Part shown: positions 62,954-64,000 of the stretch, one piece after another
Position numbering within the stretch: the stretch's first letter is position 1
How the letters are laid out: each line of letters starts with the position of its first letter
Assembly (NCBI GenBank): GCA_012557565.1
Contig: GCA_012557565.1_3926.1
Source of the DNA: a phage
Reading direction: 5' to 3' (one strand)
Length of the DNA: 64,000 bases
Translations under genes and position numbers: made by a program
The notes under the pieces: generated by a model
Databases searched by the model: none
What the model saw: only the letters and a program-made list of their open reading frames with translations
Told to the model about the DNA's origin: nothing

Positions 62954-63435
62954 TGGTTAAAAGGGTTATTCACCCCGCTAGAGCTAAATTAGTCGGGGCT
63001 ATGAAGAACTTGCATACGGCTAATGCTCAAGTTGGGTATTTTCAGGAACAAGGTCAACATAGCTCTGGTTTTTCTTACTCTGCTTTAATGTACTTGCATG
63101 AAGTTATTGGTGTACCAGCAGCTTCAGGTAAAGTATATCGTAGGTTGTTTGAAATTACTATGATGTTACACAGACAGACCTTGTTAGAGCAGACTAAGAA
63201 GAATCTCTATAAGCAATTAAACAGTCTTAATACTGACCCCTCAGATACTTTAGAAGCATTTGCAAAGAGTGCTCAGAAAGCAATTAAAAGAGGTTTTGGT
63301 AATACGGCTATATTGCCTCCTAACGCTCCATCTACAGTTAAAAAGAAAGGCTTCAATGCCCCTCTTGTGGAAACTGGAGATTTACGAGATAACCTTGCTT
63401 ATAAAATCTCTACTAAGAAAGGTATTAAAAAATGA
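62953..63435 (+). CDS. hypothetical protein
   Basis: 160-aa ORF. Confidence 0.45.
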   Translation: MVKRVIHPARAKLVGAMKNLHTANAQVGYFQEQGQHSSGFSYSALMYLHEVIGVPAASGKVYRRLFEITMMLHRQTLLEQTKKNLYKQLNSLNTDPSDTLEAFAKSAQKAIKRGFGNTAILPPNAPSTVKKKGFNAPLVETGDLRDNLAYKISTKKGIKK

Positions 63436-63833
63436 GACTCTTAAATAGACACAGCTTTGTAGTTAAAAGAAAGGTATCTGAAGATGGTTATTACAATGAA
63501 GATGGTGATTGGGTAGCTTCACAGGATATTGTATCAATTAACTGTAAAGGTAATATCCAACCTTATATTAAGGGTTCTGTAAAGAATGGTACACAGATTG
63601 TTTTACCTGAAGGTATCAGATTGACAGATACAAGAATCCTTTTCACTGTAGCTGAGTTAAGAACGTCTGATGATGTTGATTGGACTGAAGCGGATATTGT
63701 CATGATTAAGGGACACGAATACGAAGTCTTTATGACAATGGATTGGTCTGAACAATTAGCTCACACATCCCATTATGAGTATATCATTATTAGAAGGGAT
63801 AAGATGAATGCAGTTAGAAACAGCAGAACTTGA
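63432..63833 (+). CDS. hypothetical protein
   Basis: 133-aa ORF. Confidence 0.45.
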   Translation: MRLLNRHSFVVKRKVSEDGYYNEDGDWVASQDIVSINCKGNIQPYIKGSVKNGTQIVLPEGIRLTDTRILFTVAELRTSDDVDWTEADIVMIKGHEYEVFMTMDWSEQLAHTSHYEYIIIRRDKMNAVRNSRT

Positions 63834-64000
63834 GAAAGGTATTGTCCGAGTTTTGGTTGATGTTATTGGTCACCGTTTAGCGAGAGACAAGAATAACAGA
63901 CCAAATGTTATTAGGGCTTACCCTTCAGATAATTCCAATGATAAAGGTCTAAAACCAGACCAGCCTTTTATTACAGTATACTGTCAAGATGCCACCACAC
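63808..64000 (+). CDS. hypothetical protein, partial (runs off window end)
   Basis: Own translation from ATG 63808: MQLETAELEKGIVRVLVDVIGHRLARDKNN..., open to the window end. Confidence 0.4.
   Translation, partial: MQLETAELEKGIVRVLVDVIGHRLARDKNNRPNVIRAYPSDNSNDKGLKPDQPFITVYCQDATT

Noticed and set aside
1-64000. Initial impression of a T5-like siphophage (large tRNA cluster, primase-helicase, family A polymerase)
   Set aside because: Presence of rIIA/rIIB, NadV plus PRPP synthetase, and both NrdAB and NrdDG fits a Felix O1-like myophage repertoire better; still unverified without a database search.
1-64000. Integrase, transposase or insertion sequence indicating a prophage or mobile island
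   Set aside because: No recombinase-like ORF or IS-type terminal inverted repeats were recognised; the content looks like a strictly lytic phage.

Overview
This window reads as part of a virulent, AT-rich, tRNA-rich myophage genome whose gene content resembles Felix O1-like (Ounavirinae) phages; that assignment is from memory of gene repertoire, not from any search. All calls below come from reading the sequence and the supplied ORF track by eye; no tool was run. Layout: (1) 1-31300, a plus-strand replication and nucleotide-metabolism block (family A DNA polymerase fragment on the minus strand at the left edge, dNMP kinase, T7-like primase-helicase, SSB-like and exonuclease-like proteins, aerobic NrdA/NrdB plus glutaredoxin, anaerobic NrdD/NrdG, PRPP synthetase-like protein plus NadV, rIIA/rIIB, a spanin-like overlapping pair), with GC-rich hairpin plus T-run terminators between operons. 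(2) 31357-31556, a tandem repeat array. (3) 31700-38330, a hyperplastic region of 17 small genes, 14 of them preceded by a near-identical promoter/hairpin/RBS cassette. (4) 38340-40000, a 1.6 kb non-coding convergent region packed with short repeats, including TGTTAG-type motifs spaced about 10.4 bp apart. (5) 40004-47590, a minus-strand module with an endolysin and Ig-like-domain paralogs. (6) 47981-49844, a basic small protein and a vWA-domain protein. (7) 50010-55238, a cluster of 27 hand-parsed tRNA genes interleaved with conserved structured non-tRNA elements, small ORFs and a tRNA-mediated tandem duplication. (8) 55458-64000, the start of the morphogenesis operon (large terminase, putative portal, S49-type prohead protease, putative major capsid protein). 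The strongest candidate for an undescribed system is a family of four conserved stem elements in the tRNA cluster, whose stems co-vary and one of which encloses a circularly permuted, anticodon-less tRNA-like module (Y-RNA-like architecture), just downstream of a vWA-domain protein gene that might be Ro60/TROVE-like. Coordinates of hand-parsed tRNAs and motifs may be off by a base or two.
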